From IMG/VR virus record IMGVR_UViG_3300029930_000010, positions 1-29,379 of that record: a stretch of 29,379 nt of DNA, one strand, 5' to 3'. The position numbers and the translations under genes were made by a program. Positions within the stretch are counted from its first letter, which is position 1. Each line of letters begins with the position of its first letter. Shown here piece by piece: positions 16,869 to 24,199 of the stretch. The stretch is from a virus. Its lineage: Duplodnaviria > Caudoviricetes. A model generated the notes under the pieces. The model had not been told where the DNA came from. It saw only the letters and a program-made list of their open reading frames with translations, and made no database searches.

Positions 16869-17038
16869 TTGTAACCCTCAATGGTTAGTTGTCTGACTCG
16901 CTCAAGAAGCATCTTGATGTCACCCTCTAATCTTCCGATTTCGGTTGCCGCTTCCTCGGCAAATCTAACAAGATTTTCACGTTTCCAACTGCCGAAATCG
17001 GCTTTTCCTCGGTAGTGAAACGGTGCAGATTCGCGCAT
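16865..17038 (-). CDS. 57-aa coiled-coil protein overlapping the Zn-ribbon gene
   Basis: Perfect TAAGGAGG RBS ahead of ATG 17038. The stop is ATGA-coupled to the 16868 gene. Confidence 0.6.
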   Translation of the reverse strand: MRESAPFHYRGKADFGSWKRENLVRFAEEAATEIGRLEGDIKMLLERVRQLTIEGYK

Positions 17039-17121
17039 TGGTAGCGCCTCCTTACCGTCCCATCCATTTTTTCCCGTGTTTCCAGAACCTGTGTCCATTT
17101 GTTGCACTCTGGGCATTTCAT
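16927..17121 (-). CDS. NrdR N-terminal-like zinc-ribbon protein (stand-alone, no ATP cone)
   Basis: MKCPEC...VLETR...RRRYQCANLHRFTTEE closely follows the NrdR Zn-ribbon pattern. ATGA-coupled start. Confidence 0.75.
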   Translation of the reverse strand: MKCPECNKWTQVLETREKMDGTVRRRYQCANLHRFTTEEKPISAVGNVKILLDLPRKRQPKSED

Positions 17122-17300
17122 TTCATTAACTTGTTTTCATTCACCAAAGAACCGCAAGTTGGGCATTGACGCTTTGCCCCGCGATAACTTCTAAGCCGAT
17201 AGATGCTCTGACGCACGATGCCAAACTTTTCTGCGGCCTTGGCTATACTCATGCCTTTTTCTACTGCGTCAAGCGCCAATGCTGTTGCGGTTTTTTTCAT
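17118..17300 (-). CDS. Small HTH protein with C-terminal CxxC
   Basis: 'GMSIAKAAEKFGIVRQSIYR' HTH plus 'CPTCG'. Start uncertain (17300 or 17351). Confidence 0.7.
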   Translation of the reverse strand: MKKTATALALDAVEKGMSIAKAAEKFGIVRQSIYRLRSYRGAKRQCPTCGSLVNENKLMK

Positions 17301-17303
17301 GTT

Positions 17304-17330
17304 AAAAAAGGGGCTGGTTGTCCAGCCCCT
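17304..17330 (-). terminator. Rho-independent terminator after the SSB gene
   Basis: Minus strand reads AGGGGCTGG-ACAA-CCAGCCCCT followed by a T-run. Confidence 0.8.
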
Positions 17331-17337
17331 GTTAAGG

Positions 17338-17907
17338 TTAGTTCCAATCATCTCCAGCGGTAGCTGTTTCAGCCACGCGCTTGGTCACGCCAAATTCATC
17401 GTGCGCTGATTGACGAGTGCCGCCCAGAGGCTCACCCTTCTTCACAAGCTGCACATTGTTGAGGCCAAATGAAACCCCACGGTTTACACCTTGGTCGTAG
17501 GCATAGGCGTTCATGCTGACACGAATGTAGTCACCAGACACGATTGAGTCGGGGTCAAACAACTCAGAGCCAGACTTGTCAATGACAGTCGGCTTGTGCT
17601 TGATAGCCTCGCACTTTGTACTCAGATACCAATGACCCTTGAACTCATCACCCATTGCGGAGCCATCTTGCTTGGTGGCGGTATCGCCATCTTTAAGAGG
17701 GTTCTTCAAGCCCTTGGGAGCGTTGCCGTTCCACTTGGCTTGAATGGCAGCTTTAGCGGCTTCCTTGATGCCAGCGATTGTTTCTGAGTCCGATTTGGGG
17801 ATCAGAATCAAAACGCTGTACTCATTCTTACCGTTCAGCTTGTTGACCTCTGGAGCCATGATTCTGGCGTAAGAAGCGCGGACAGTTCCTGTGATTACTT
17901 TACTCAT
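17338..17907 (-). CDS. ssb: Single-stranded DNA-binding protein (DUF2815 / T7 gp2.5-like)
   Basis: 'VRASYA...YSVLILIPKSD', 'PLKDGD', 'SGDY.R.S...AY..G.NRGVSFGLNNVQLVKKGEPLGG', acidic aromatic C-terminus. Confidence 0.85.
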   Translation of the reverse strand: MSKVITGTVRASYARIMAPEVNKLNGKNEYSVLILIPKSDSETIAGIKEAAKAAIQAKWNGNAPKGLKNPLKDGDTATKQDGSAMGDEFKGHWYLSTKCEAIKHKPTVIDKSGSELFDPDSIVSGDYIRVSMNAYAYDQGVNRGVSFGLNNVQLVKKGEPLGGTRQSAHDEFGVTKRVAETATAGDDWN

Positions 17908-17959
17908 TTCGTTTACTCCGTTAAGTTACGTTTTGCTGGTGACCGACCAGCGGCGGTTC

Positions 17960-17975
17960 GTGCTATTGTAGCACA
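17960..17975 (-). promoter_or_regulatory. Extended -10 promoter (TG-C-TACAAT) for ssb overlapped by the palindrome GTGCTA-N3-TAGCAC
   Basis: Minus strand reads TGTGCTACAATAGCAC in the helicase-ssb gap. A leader hairpin at 17935-17951 follows. Confidence 0.55.
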
Positions 17976-17981
17976 GAATTG

Positions 17982-19205
17982 TTAAATGATCTGATCTATC
18001 ACATTCATTTTTTTCAGCACTCCCGACAGCACCCGATGGTCAAGGCTGTTGCGGATCGTCAGGACATAGATGCTTGGGGCTTGTCCAATCTTGTTGATGT
18101 TCTCGACCCTAGAACTTGCCTGCTCAAGTGAGTTTGTCGCCCAAGTGGACTCGACAAAGATGACTGTGCTGGAGCGTGACAGGTCAATTCCCTCACCAAT
18201 TGCGCCGATATTGCCGATCATCACATCCAGCTTGCCTGCGGCAAATTCGTCAATCAGGTTGTTACGCTTACCCGCTGGCGTGTCGCCTGTGATGACCCCT
18301 ACACGGTAGTCGGACAGACCTTGCTCAAGCATGGCGACAACTTGCTTATGCCAGCACATGACCACTAGCGGTTCATCTGGCTCATCGTCTAGCTTATCCT
18401 TGATGAACTCCAAGGCCATTGGGACTTTGCGGATACCGCCCTCCTTGAGTATTTCAGCCAAGCCCTCGAACGCAAGGATCAGGTTAGGGTTTTCCACTAG
18501 AGCATCGGCATCAAACTTTTTCTCTCGGACACTCACAGGCAAGTCAAGTTCAATCAGGCTGACAACTGGCTGCTGGTATGATGTGAATACGTCATCACGT
18601 TTACGGCGCAGGACGTATGGACTCATTTTGTCTTTCAGTTCAGGCAGGTTAGATGCCCCGGAAACGTCAAGCCCCCAAGGACTTTGCCAAGCCCTTGCGT
18701 AGCGGTAGGCAAACGACAGCCAGCTACTCTTGTAGATGCCCAAGCCATGCAGGGCAGTCCAGACCTCAATCGGACGATTCGGGATAGGCGTACCCGACAG
18801 GCAATAGACATTGGGAGTGGCCTTCATCAGCTTTAGGGCGGCTTTGGTGCGCTTTGCGGTATGGTTCTTGATCCGGTGGCTCTCATCAAGAATCAGCGTC
18901 TGCCAGCCCCTTACCGCAGTCATGTATTGCAGCAGGTCATAGTTGATGATGACCACCCCGCCGACCACCATCCCCGCAGCCATGTCCCTGCCCATCACCA
19001 CGGTAGCCGTGATGCCTATGGTCTTGAACGCACGTTCCCAGACCCGTTTAGCCACCGCAGGACATACCACCAGCGCAGGCAGGTTCTGGGCTGCTGCATG
19101 GGCTGATGGTAGGGTTTTCCCTACCCTCGGAGCATCAGCCAATATGCAGCGGCGTTTGGTCAAAAGGAAGTCCTTGGCGACTTCCTGATGGGGTAGGAGG
19201 TTCAT
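17982..19205 (-). CDS. SNF2-like SF2 helicase/ATPase
   Basis: 'ILADAPRVGKT' Walker A, 'ILDESH' Walker B, 'LSGTPIPN' motif III, 'GEGIDL' motif V. Confidence 0.88.
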   Translation of the reverse strand: MNLLPHQEVAKDFLLTKRRCILADAPRVGKTLPSAHAAAQNLPALVVCPAVAKRVWERAFKTIGITATVVMGRDMAAGMVVGGVVIINYDLLQYMTAVRGWQTLILDESHRIKNHTAKRTKAALKLMKATPNVYCLSGTPIPNRPIEVWTALHGLGIYKSSWLSFAYRYARAWQSPWGLDVSGASNLPELKDKMSPYVLRRKRDDVFTSYQQPVVSLIELDLPVSVREKKFDADALVENPNLILAFEGLAEILKEGGIRKVPMALEFIKDKLDDEPDEPLVVMCWHKQVVAMLEQGLSDYRVGVITGDTPAGKRNNLIDEFAAGKLDVMIGNIGAIGEGIDLSRSSTVIFVESTWATNSLEQASSRVENINKIGQAPSIYVLTIRNSLDHRVLSGVLKKMNVIDQII

Positions 19206-20206
19206 TTGTCTTTGACTAGGCTAGGCGCAGCGCGGCTTTCGGTCACCAGCCCTGCGGGGATTTCAATGCCCAACTTCTGCACAGCACTTACTGACTTCAA
19301 CTCCCAAGCCTCACGGCGGTCTGTCAGCATGGCTTCAGCCATCTTGTGATCCGTCCACTTGGTCATGCGCCTGCCCTCTTTTAGCTTCCAGCCGGGGATT
19401 GAGTCTGGCTTTTCTTTGAGTTGCTCGACAGCCTTTTCCAGCACCGACTCAGCAAAGACTTGGCATAGCTTTGCGTCCTCAACCGTGGCAGCGCCGATGG
19501 CCTCAAATTCCGTCTTGGCAACAGTAACGGCAGCAGACCTAAGAGCAGGGCAAACAGACCTTGCTCGACAGTATTTGCAGGCATCTTCGCTTGCTGTTCT
19601 TGGGGCATCTGGCTTGGTTGCTGCGCTGGCGATGTCATAGAGTTTGTCCTTCCAATCCATTAGGTCTTGATAGTTGCAGGCCCATTGCTTCCAGCCACCG
19701 GCCTCTGGCTGATAGATGGCAAGACGCACATTGATCGTTGGCGGGGCTTTGAGGTGAATGGCTGCACCCAAGGCATAGGTCATCAGTTGCGGATTCCATT
19801 CGGGGTCAACATTGACCCGACCCGTTTTAAGGTCTGCTATGACGATTTCACCTCCCCCTGTGCCAACGTAGTCAGCCGTACCGCCAAGCGACTCATGGAT
19901 CGTTTTAAGGGCATCCGTGACGCTTAATTCAATGTACTCACGTTTAATGTTCTGGGTGAAGTCATCTAGCGCCTTGACGTAGGTCTTGGCTACCTCGACC
20001 AACTCAGGATCAGCGCCCTCCGGCAAATCACGTCCAGCCAGCAGGTGTTCGCTCAACTCATGGATGATTGTGCCCCGCATGGCTGCTGCGCTTGCTGGCT
20101 CTGGCGGCATGGCTTCTTCAGCCAAGACCGAGCCGGGGCAGAGGCTTGCACGTTGGATGCGGCTGGCGCTGATGAGCGCATGGGTTCTTGTTTCGTGCTT
20201 AGTCAT
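19202..20206 (-). CDS. Cas4-like PD-(D/E)XK exonuclease (DUF2800 family)
   Basis: 'HALISAS....LCPGS', 'GTIIHE', 'GTAD...IADLKTG', 'QLMTYALG', and C-terminal CKYCRARSVC (Fe-S ligands). GAGGTG RBS supports the 20206 start. Confidence 0.85.
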   Translation of the reverse strand: MTKHETRTHALISASRIQRASLCPGSVLAEEAMPPEPASAAAMRGTIIHELSEHLLAGRDLPEGADPELVEVAKTYVKALDDFTQNIKREYIELSVTDALKTIHESLGGTADYVGTGGGEIVIADLKTGRVNVDPEWNPQLMTYALGAAIHLKAPPTINVRLAIYQPEAGGWKQWACNYQDLMDWKDKLYDIASAATKPDAPRTASEDACKYCRARSVCPALRSAAVTVAKTEFEAIGAATVEDAKLCQVFAESVLEKAVEQLKEKPDSIPGWKLKEGRRMTKWTDHKMAEAMLTDRREAWELKSVSAVQKLGIEIPAGLVTESRAAPSLVKDK

Positions 20207-20462
20207 TTTCAAACACCTCATCAATTTTTGCGTTGAGTGCTTGAATCATCCTTGCATCGTTGTTGACGATAGTGACCAGTTCCCTGATCTTGGTTTCGAG
20301 GATGCCCTGCAAGAAGTACATACGCATGGGATCGTCTTTGGTGTAGTGGCGTGTCATTGCGTTACAGGTATCGATGATTTCTTGAGCGTTAAGCACTTTT
20401 TTCTCCGTTAAAAATTGTTCCTCAAGGCAGACTGTTTCATACCATTGCTGGTGACACATCAT
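20199..20462 (-). CDS. Hypothetical protein (87 aa; alternative GTG start at 20396)
   Basis: ATGA-coupled start at 20462. An internal TAACGGAG RBS precedes an in-frame GTG. Confidence 0.55.
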   Translation of the reverse strand: MMCHQQWYETVCLEEQFLTEKKVLNAQEIIDTCNAMTRHYTKDDPMRMYFLQGILETKIRELVTIVNNDARMIQALNAKIDEVFEND

Positions 20463-20581
20463 GCCCTCCAGATGAACAGGTCAAGTAGCAAGGTTATGAT
20501 GATAGCAGACAGCAATACCACCCGCCAAGCGATGCCGATGAAAGTCATCTCAGGCTTGAACTCAAAGATGTCGTGTTTCAT
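20459..20581 (-). CDS. 40-aa single-TM protein (not in ORF track)
   Basis: Translates as MKHDIFEFKPEMTFIGIAWRVVLLSAIIITLLLDLFIWRA*. GGAG RBS and ATGA-coupled stop. Confidence 0.7.
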   Translation of the reverse strand: MKHDIFEFKPEMTFIGIAWRVVLLSAIIITLLLDLFIWRA

Positions 20582-20607
20582 TCGTTTACTCCGTTAGTTG
20601 CGTTGAT

Positions 20608-20623
20608 GGGGGCTTGCGCCCCC
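20608..20623 (-). other. GC-rich GNRA-tetraloop hairpin between the first two early genes
   Basis: Minus strand reads GGGGGC-GCAA-GCCCCC with no U-tract. Confidence 0.6.
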
Positions 20624-20630
20624 GGTTGAG

Positions 20631-20924
20631 TTAAGCGGGGCAACCAGCCATCCACCAGCGGGCCACGGTAATAGCGCGAGCGCGATCTTCGCTGTTATCG
20701 AAAACGCAATCGCCACTCACAAAAACTTGATAGTTGCGGAGATCATCGCAATACTGCTCAACGATCACAACACGCTGACCAGCTTCGTTGGTCATGCGAC
20801 CGATGACGCGCTCACCTTGATCGGCGGGGTAATCAACTGCACCGACATCGCCACGATCAAAGCCGTCCCAGCGGCTGTTATCGGGCTGGCTTGCCAGATG
20901 TTCTTCGTATTGGTTTGTAAACAT
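20631..20924 (-). CDS. Hypothetical acidic early protein (97 aa), first gene of the leftward operon
   Basis: GGAG RBS, directly downstream of a near-consensus promoter. Confidence 0.7.
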   Translation of the reverse strand: MFTNQYEEHLASQPDNSRWDGFDRGDVGAVDYPADQGERVIGRMTNEAGQRVVIVEQYCDDLRNYQVFVSGDCVFDNSEDRARAITVARWWMAGCPA

Positions 20925-20961
20925 TTTCGTTTCTCCGTTAGTTCGTTGTTGCGATGTGGTA

Positions 20962-20989
20962 ATTGTATCAAGTTTGTGCTACCTGTCAA
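20962..20989 (-). promoter_or_regulatory. Near-consensus sigma70 promoter driving the leftward early operon
   Basis: TTGACA, 16-nt spacer, TACAAT with an extended TG. An A-rich UP-like tract lies upstream. Confidence 0.8.
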
Positions 20990-21067
20990 CATCTTTTTTC
21001 ATTGTTTTTTCTAAAATGTTTTTATGACCCCATAAGAAAAAACTATAAACTCATTGTCGCAAGGTCA

Positions 21068-21076
21068 TGCTATGCT
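21068..21076 (+). promoter_or_regulatory. Possible extended -10 promoter (TG-C-TATGCT) for the leader RNA and primase operon
   Basis: TGnTAnnnT immediately before the structured leader. No clear -35. Confidence 0.45.
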
Positions 21077-21081
21077 TATGG

Positions 21082-21191
21082 GGCGCTTGGCAGCGTTTAG
21101 CAGTAGGTTCTGATCCCAGCCCTGCCGGAACTGCTCCGGTCTGCCAACTCCCAGCCGCTACTGGGGGAGGGCTGGGTTCAGAGCCTTTTTT
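21082..21191 (+). ncRNA. C4/CI-like structured RNA (three-way junction plus U-tract) with upstream complementary target sites
   Basis: Outer stem 21105-21123/21168-21186, inner hairpins 21124-21140 and 21148-21167. ACTGCT and CTGCCAA are complementary to upstream AGCAGT and TTGGCAG. Confidence 0.65.
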
Positions 21192-21205
21192 ACAAGGACA
21201 AAAAG

Positions 21206-23356
21206 ATGCAACAAGCAACAGCGGCTCTGTCGGTTGAGGTGGTCAGCCGGATAGCGAGCGCCTGCATTAACGCAAGGTTTTGCGGGTTCAAGACGGTGAT
21301 GGGGGACGATGGGCGCTGGAGGAAGATTCCACTCAAGCCCAACGGTCAGGCGGGGATAGGTAAGACTGATGCCGAATTTATCCCTTGGAACGGTTCACTT
21401 CCATCAGGCGCATCCCATTGGGGGATCGTCATGCAGCAGCCCACCTACGACACATTTAACCAGTTCGTGCTGACGGTACTGGATATTGATACCAAGAACT
21501 CATCTGCCCCGGAGGATGTGCGTCTGTCAAGGCTAGTGGGAGCCGCCAAGAAATACGGCTTTTTGGTCGAGGACAGTCATTCCGGCAAGGGCAAGCACAT
21601 CATTTTCCTCGCAGAACCCGATGACACCTTGCCCCCCAAGGTCTATGTTAATGAGGGTCAGGAAGTCGAGATATTCGGGCACAGCGCCAGCCACGGCAAG
21701 AGCGTGATGCTCACTGGCACGAACATTGTTGGCAACGTTTTAGAGCGTTCCGGCGTGAATGTCAGGGACTTGCTGATCGAGGCTGGCATCAACCCTGACG
21801 CAAAGCCGCCTAAGCAGGAAACAGAGCGCCCGGTAAGCCATTCTAAGATGCCCCAGAGCGCCTCGGACAACATGATTAGGGCTAGGGATGCCCTGCGCTT
21901 TATAACGCTCCAGAGGGGCGATTATGACCATTGGACGCAAATCGGCATGGCGTTGCAGGCTGAGTTTGGGGATGCCGGGTTTGCGATCTATGATGAATGG
22001 TCATCTACCCAGTACGACTATGAGGGGACTGATGCCCTATCCCGCAAGTGGAAGTCATTTGACGCTGGCGGCGGTATAGGCATCGGGACGCTGTTTCATG
22101 AAGCCAAGGAGCATGGCTGGCATCCACCCGCCAGAGCGCAGATTGAGCGCACCACGGCAGAGCAGGACTTTGCCAGCTTCATTGAGCGCAATGTTGACCT
22201 TGATACCGGCGAGATTCTGCCCGACAAGGCTGATGAGGTTGCCGAGGAATTGTTCTGGAAACCGAGGGATTTGGGGCTGGGGAACCCAAAGGGCATTAAC
22301 TACCTGCTTGGGGGCTTCTTGGCTGAATCCTTTGCGGTTATTTCCGGTCAGCCGGGTATCGGCAAGACAACGGCAATGGTTCCGCTGACCTTGGCGGCTG
22401 CTGGCTTTGATCTGGGTTGCATGACCACCAAGGAACCAAGGCACATCATTTATGTGTCCGAGGACGGGGATCAGGTTATCCGCATCTTGGAGGGCATTAC
22501 CCGGTTTGAGGATGTTGATGCCAAAAATGTTGCCGAGGTATTTCACCTGATTGACGCAAAGCGGGTTACAGCCATTGATTTGGTCAAGCTGGCTCAGAAT
22601 GTCGCCCTGTGGACTATTGATGGGGTTAAGCCTTGGGTGGTGCTGGACACCGCCAGCGCCACGATGCAGCTAGAAAATGAGAACAACAACAGCGAGATCA
22701 GCGGGTTTGTTTCGATGCTGAAAGAAACCATCTATACCCAGATGGGGGCTTCTGTTGCGATCATTACCCATCAGGCAAAGGCTGATGGACGCGGTAATGA
22801 GGACGCTACCGCTAGGGGTGGCAGCGCATGGGAGGGTGATGCCACGGTCACGGCAAGCCTCTTTATGGAGGGTGATGAGAGGTTTCTTAAGCTGCGGAAA
22901 ACCCGGTACGAACCTGACTTTAGGGAGATAAAGTTATCCACAAGGTCGGAGATTATTCCTGTTGTGGACAAGTTTGGCGAGATGCAGGACTTGAATTTGC
23001 TGTGGACAATTCCAGTTGAATCTGATGCCGATGTGCGAAAAATTGAGCGAATTGAGCGCGAAAAAGAGGTGAAGTCAGACCGCATGAAGGCGCTGATTGA
23101 TGAGGCTCATACGGGCTTTTTGGCGTATGTCAGGGGCTTCAAAAACCCGGTCATCAGGGTCGGCAAGGGTGGCAGTCATGTGCCACCGGAGGGGGCAACT
23201 TTGGTGTCAATTGGTGAGTATTTGGATCAGTCAGGGATAGCTGGGATACGCAAAACCGACACCAAGAGATCGGTGCAAACTGCCCTGCTGAAGATGCTTG
23301 GCGCTGATAAGTTACAGGGCTTCTTTCCAATGACCCCAAAGGGGACATTGGAGTGA
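21206..23356 (+). CDS. Primase-helicase (Prim-Pol/AEP-like N-terminus, PriCT-2, RecA-like AAA_25 helicase)
   Basis: 'VLDIDTK' and 'SHSGKGKHI' AEP motifs, 'DYDHWTQIGMAL...DEWS...KWKSF...IGTLFHEAKEHGW' PriCT-2, Walker A GQPGIGKT, 'VVLDT', 'IITHQAK', 'ARGGSAW'. Confidence 0.88.
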   Translation: MQQATAALSVEVVSRIASACINARFCGFKTVMGDDGRWRKIPLKPNGQAGIGKTDAEFIPWNGSLPSGASHWGIVMQQPTYDTFNQFVLTVLDIDTKNSSAPEDVRLSRLVGAAKKYGFLVEDSHSGKGKHIIFLAEPDDTLPPKVYVNEGQEVEIFGHSASHGKSVMLTGTNIVGNVLERSGVNVRDLLIEAGINPDAKPPKQETERPVSHSKMPQSASDNMIRARDALRFITLQRGDYDHWTQIGMALQAEFGDAGFAIYDEWSSTQYDYEGTDALSRKWKSFDAGGGIGIGTLFHEAKEHGWHPPARAQIERTTAEQDFASFIERNVDLDTGEILPDKADEVAEELFWKPRDLGLGNPKGINYLLGGFLAESFAVISGQPGIGKTTAMVPLTLAAAGFDLGCMTTKEPRHIIYVSEDGDQVIRILEGITRFEDVDAKNVAEVFHLIDAKRVTAIDLVKLAQNVALWTIDGVKPWVVLDTASATMQLENENNNSEISGFVSMLKETIYTQMGASVAIITHQAKADGRGNEDATARGGSAWEGDATVTASLFMEGDERFLKLRKTRYEPDFREIKLSTRSEIIPVVDKFGEMQDLNLLWTIPVESDADVRKIERIEREKEVKSDRMKALIDEAHTGFLAYVRGFKNPVIRVGKGGSHVPPEGATLVSIGEYLDQSGIAGIRKTDTKRSVQTALLKMLGADKLQGFFPMTPKGTLE

Positions 23357-23462
23357 AGGGACATTGGGGGACATTGATGACGATTTCCAATGACCCCACC
23401 CCCCCCTTATGGGGGGTGGGGGTCGTTGGAAATTCAGTCTGGCGGGGTCTTTGGGGTCATTG
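23324..23462. repeat. Cluster of about 8 copies of CAATG(A/T)CCCC-like 10-mers plus a long imperfect palindrome; candidate replication origin
   Basis: Copies at 23328 and 23388 (forward) and at 23341, 23357, 23367, 23419, 23444 and 23453 (reverse). Palindrome spans 23383-23433. Confidence 0.8.
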
Positions 23463-23482
23463 AAAAAGGTTTTAGGTGATTT

Positions 23483-23773
23483 ATGGATAAATTGCTTGAG
23501 GATTGGAAGTCGTGTTTTGGGTGCGAATACTCTAAGTTAGTCGATACTAACATCATCGTTCACCGCGATAGGTGGGACAGCATGAAGCGGTCACTTGGGG
23601 TTTCGGTTTACCCAGAAATCGACAAGGCTGAACATCGTGGCAACTGGGTGGTCATTCCAGACAAGACTAGGATTTGCAGGTACGATGAAAACTGGTGTAT
23701 GCCAGACGATGTGTTTCACCATTGCCCTTGGCACGGCAAGGAACTGGTTGAGGAAGAACCGTGGTGGCAATAG
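23483..23773 (+). CDS. Hypothetical Cys/Trp-rich protein (possible metal binding)
   Basis: AGGTG RBS, CxxC near the N-terminus, C...C...HHC near the C-terminus. Confidence 0.6.
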   Translation: MDKLLEDWKSCFGCEYSKLVDTNIIVHRDRWDSMKRSLGVSVYPEIDKAEHRGNWVVIPDKTRICRYDENWCMPDDVFHHCPWHGKELVEEEPWWQ

Positions 23774-24132
23774 TTCGCAGAAAGCGCACCGAGCAAAGGG
23801 AGCAAATTAGATTTGTCCAATACATTCGGACATTTAGGCCAGACATTTTGATCGCCAGCATCCCAAACGGCGCAGGAGTTTCGAGCCATCAGCGCATAAA
23901 ATTGACGCAGGAAGGGATGCTGGCAGGGATGCCGGATTTAATCTTGCTCATGGAGGGGTCTAAAACGCTCTTTATCGAATTTAAGCGGCCTGATGGTAGG
24001 GGAGCTACCAGCGAGGTACAAAAAACGCTCCATGAGCGATTAAAGCGATTTGGGTTTGAGGTGTTTGTGGCAACAACTTGTGAGGACGCATTAGGGTTTC
24101 TACTTAGATGCTCAAATGGATTGCAAAGTTGA
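23761..24132 (+). CDS. VRR-NUC domain nuclease (putative Holliday junction/flap resolvase)
   Basis: 'E...Q', 'IPNG', 'GMPDL', 'FIEFKRPDGR..SEVQK...L...GFEV' PD-(D/E)XK VRR-NUC motifs. Confidence 0.88.
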   Translation: MVAIVRRKRTEQREQIRFVQYIRTFRPDILIASIPNGAGVSSHQRIKLTQEGMLAGMPDLILLMEGSKTLFIEFKRPDGRGATSEVQKTLHERLKRFGFEVFVATTCEDALGFLLRCSNGLQS

Positions 24133-24149
24133 AAAAGAAATGGCAAAAT
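24121..24149 (+). promoter_or_regulatory. Possible promoter for the packaging/late operon
   Basis: TTGCAA, 17-nt spacer, CAAAAT with TG at the extended position. Confidence 0.4.
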
Positions 24150-24172
24150 TCATGCGCGACAGTTGCCCTTAA

Positions 24173-24199
24173 TGGGGATGCTTGCATCCCCACTTTTTT
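24173..24199 (+). terminator. Rho-independent terminator between the replication and packaging modules
   Basis: TGGGGATG-CTTG-CATCCCCA followed by CTTTTTT. Confidence 0.8.

Noticed and set aside
16865-17116. 83-aa version of the overlapping ORF starting at 17116
   Set aside because: It has no convincing RBS, whereas the internal ATG at 17038 has a perfect Shine-Dalgarno.
19202-20206. Cas4-like nuclease as evidence of a CRISPR-Cas system
   Set aside because: No repeat-spacer array or other cas genes. The context (SSB, helicase) fits a solo DUF2800 replication/recombination nuclease.
20608-20623. GNRA hairpin as an intrinsic terminator
   Set aside because: No U-tract follows on the coding strand. 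Kept only as a structural element.
21105-21191. Structured leader as a tRNA gene
   Set aside because: It has three stems rather than a cloverleaf, and no T-loop consensus, anticodon arm or CCA end.
23324-23462. Repeat cluster as a mini-CRISPR array
   Set aside because: The units are 10 bp, in mixed orientation, without regular unique spacers.
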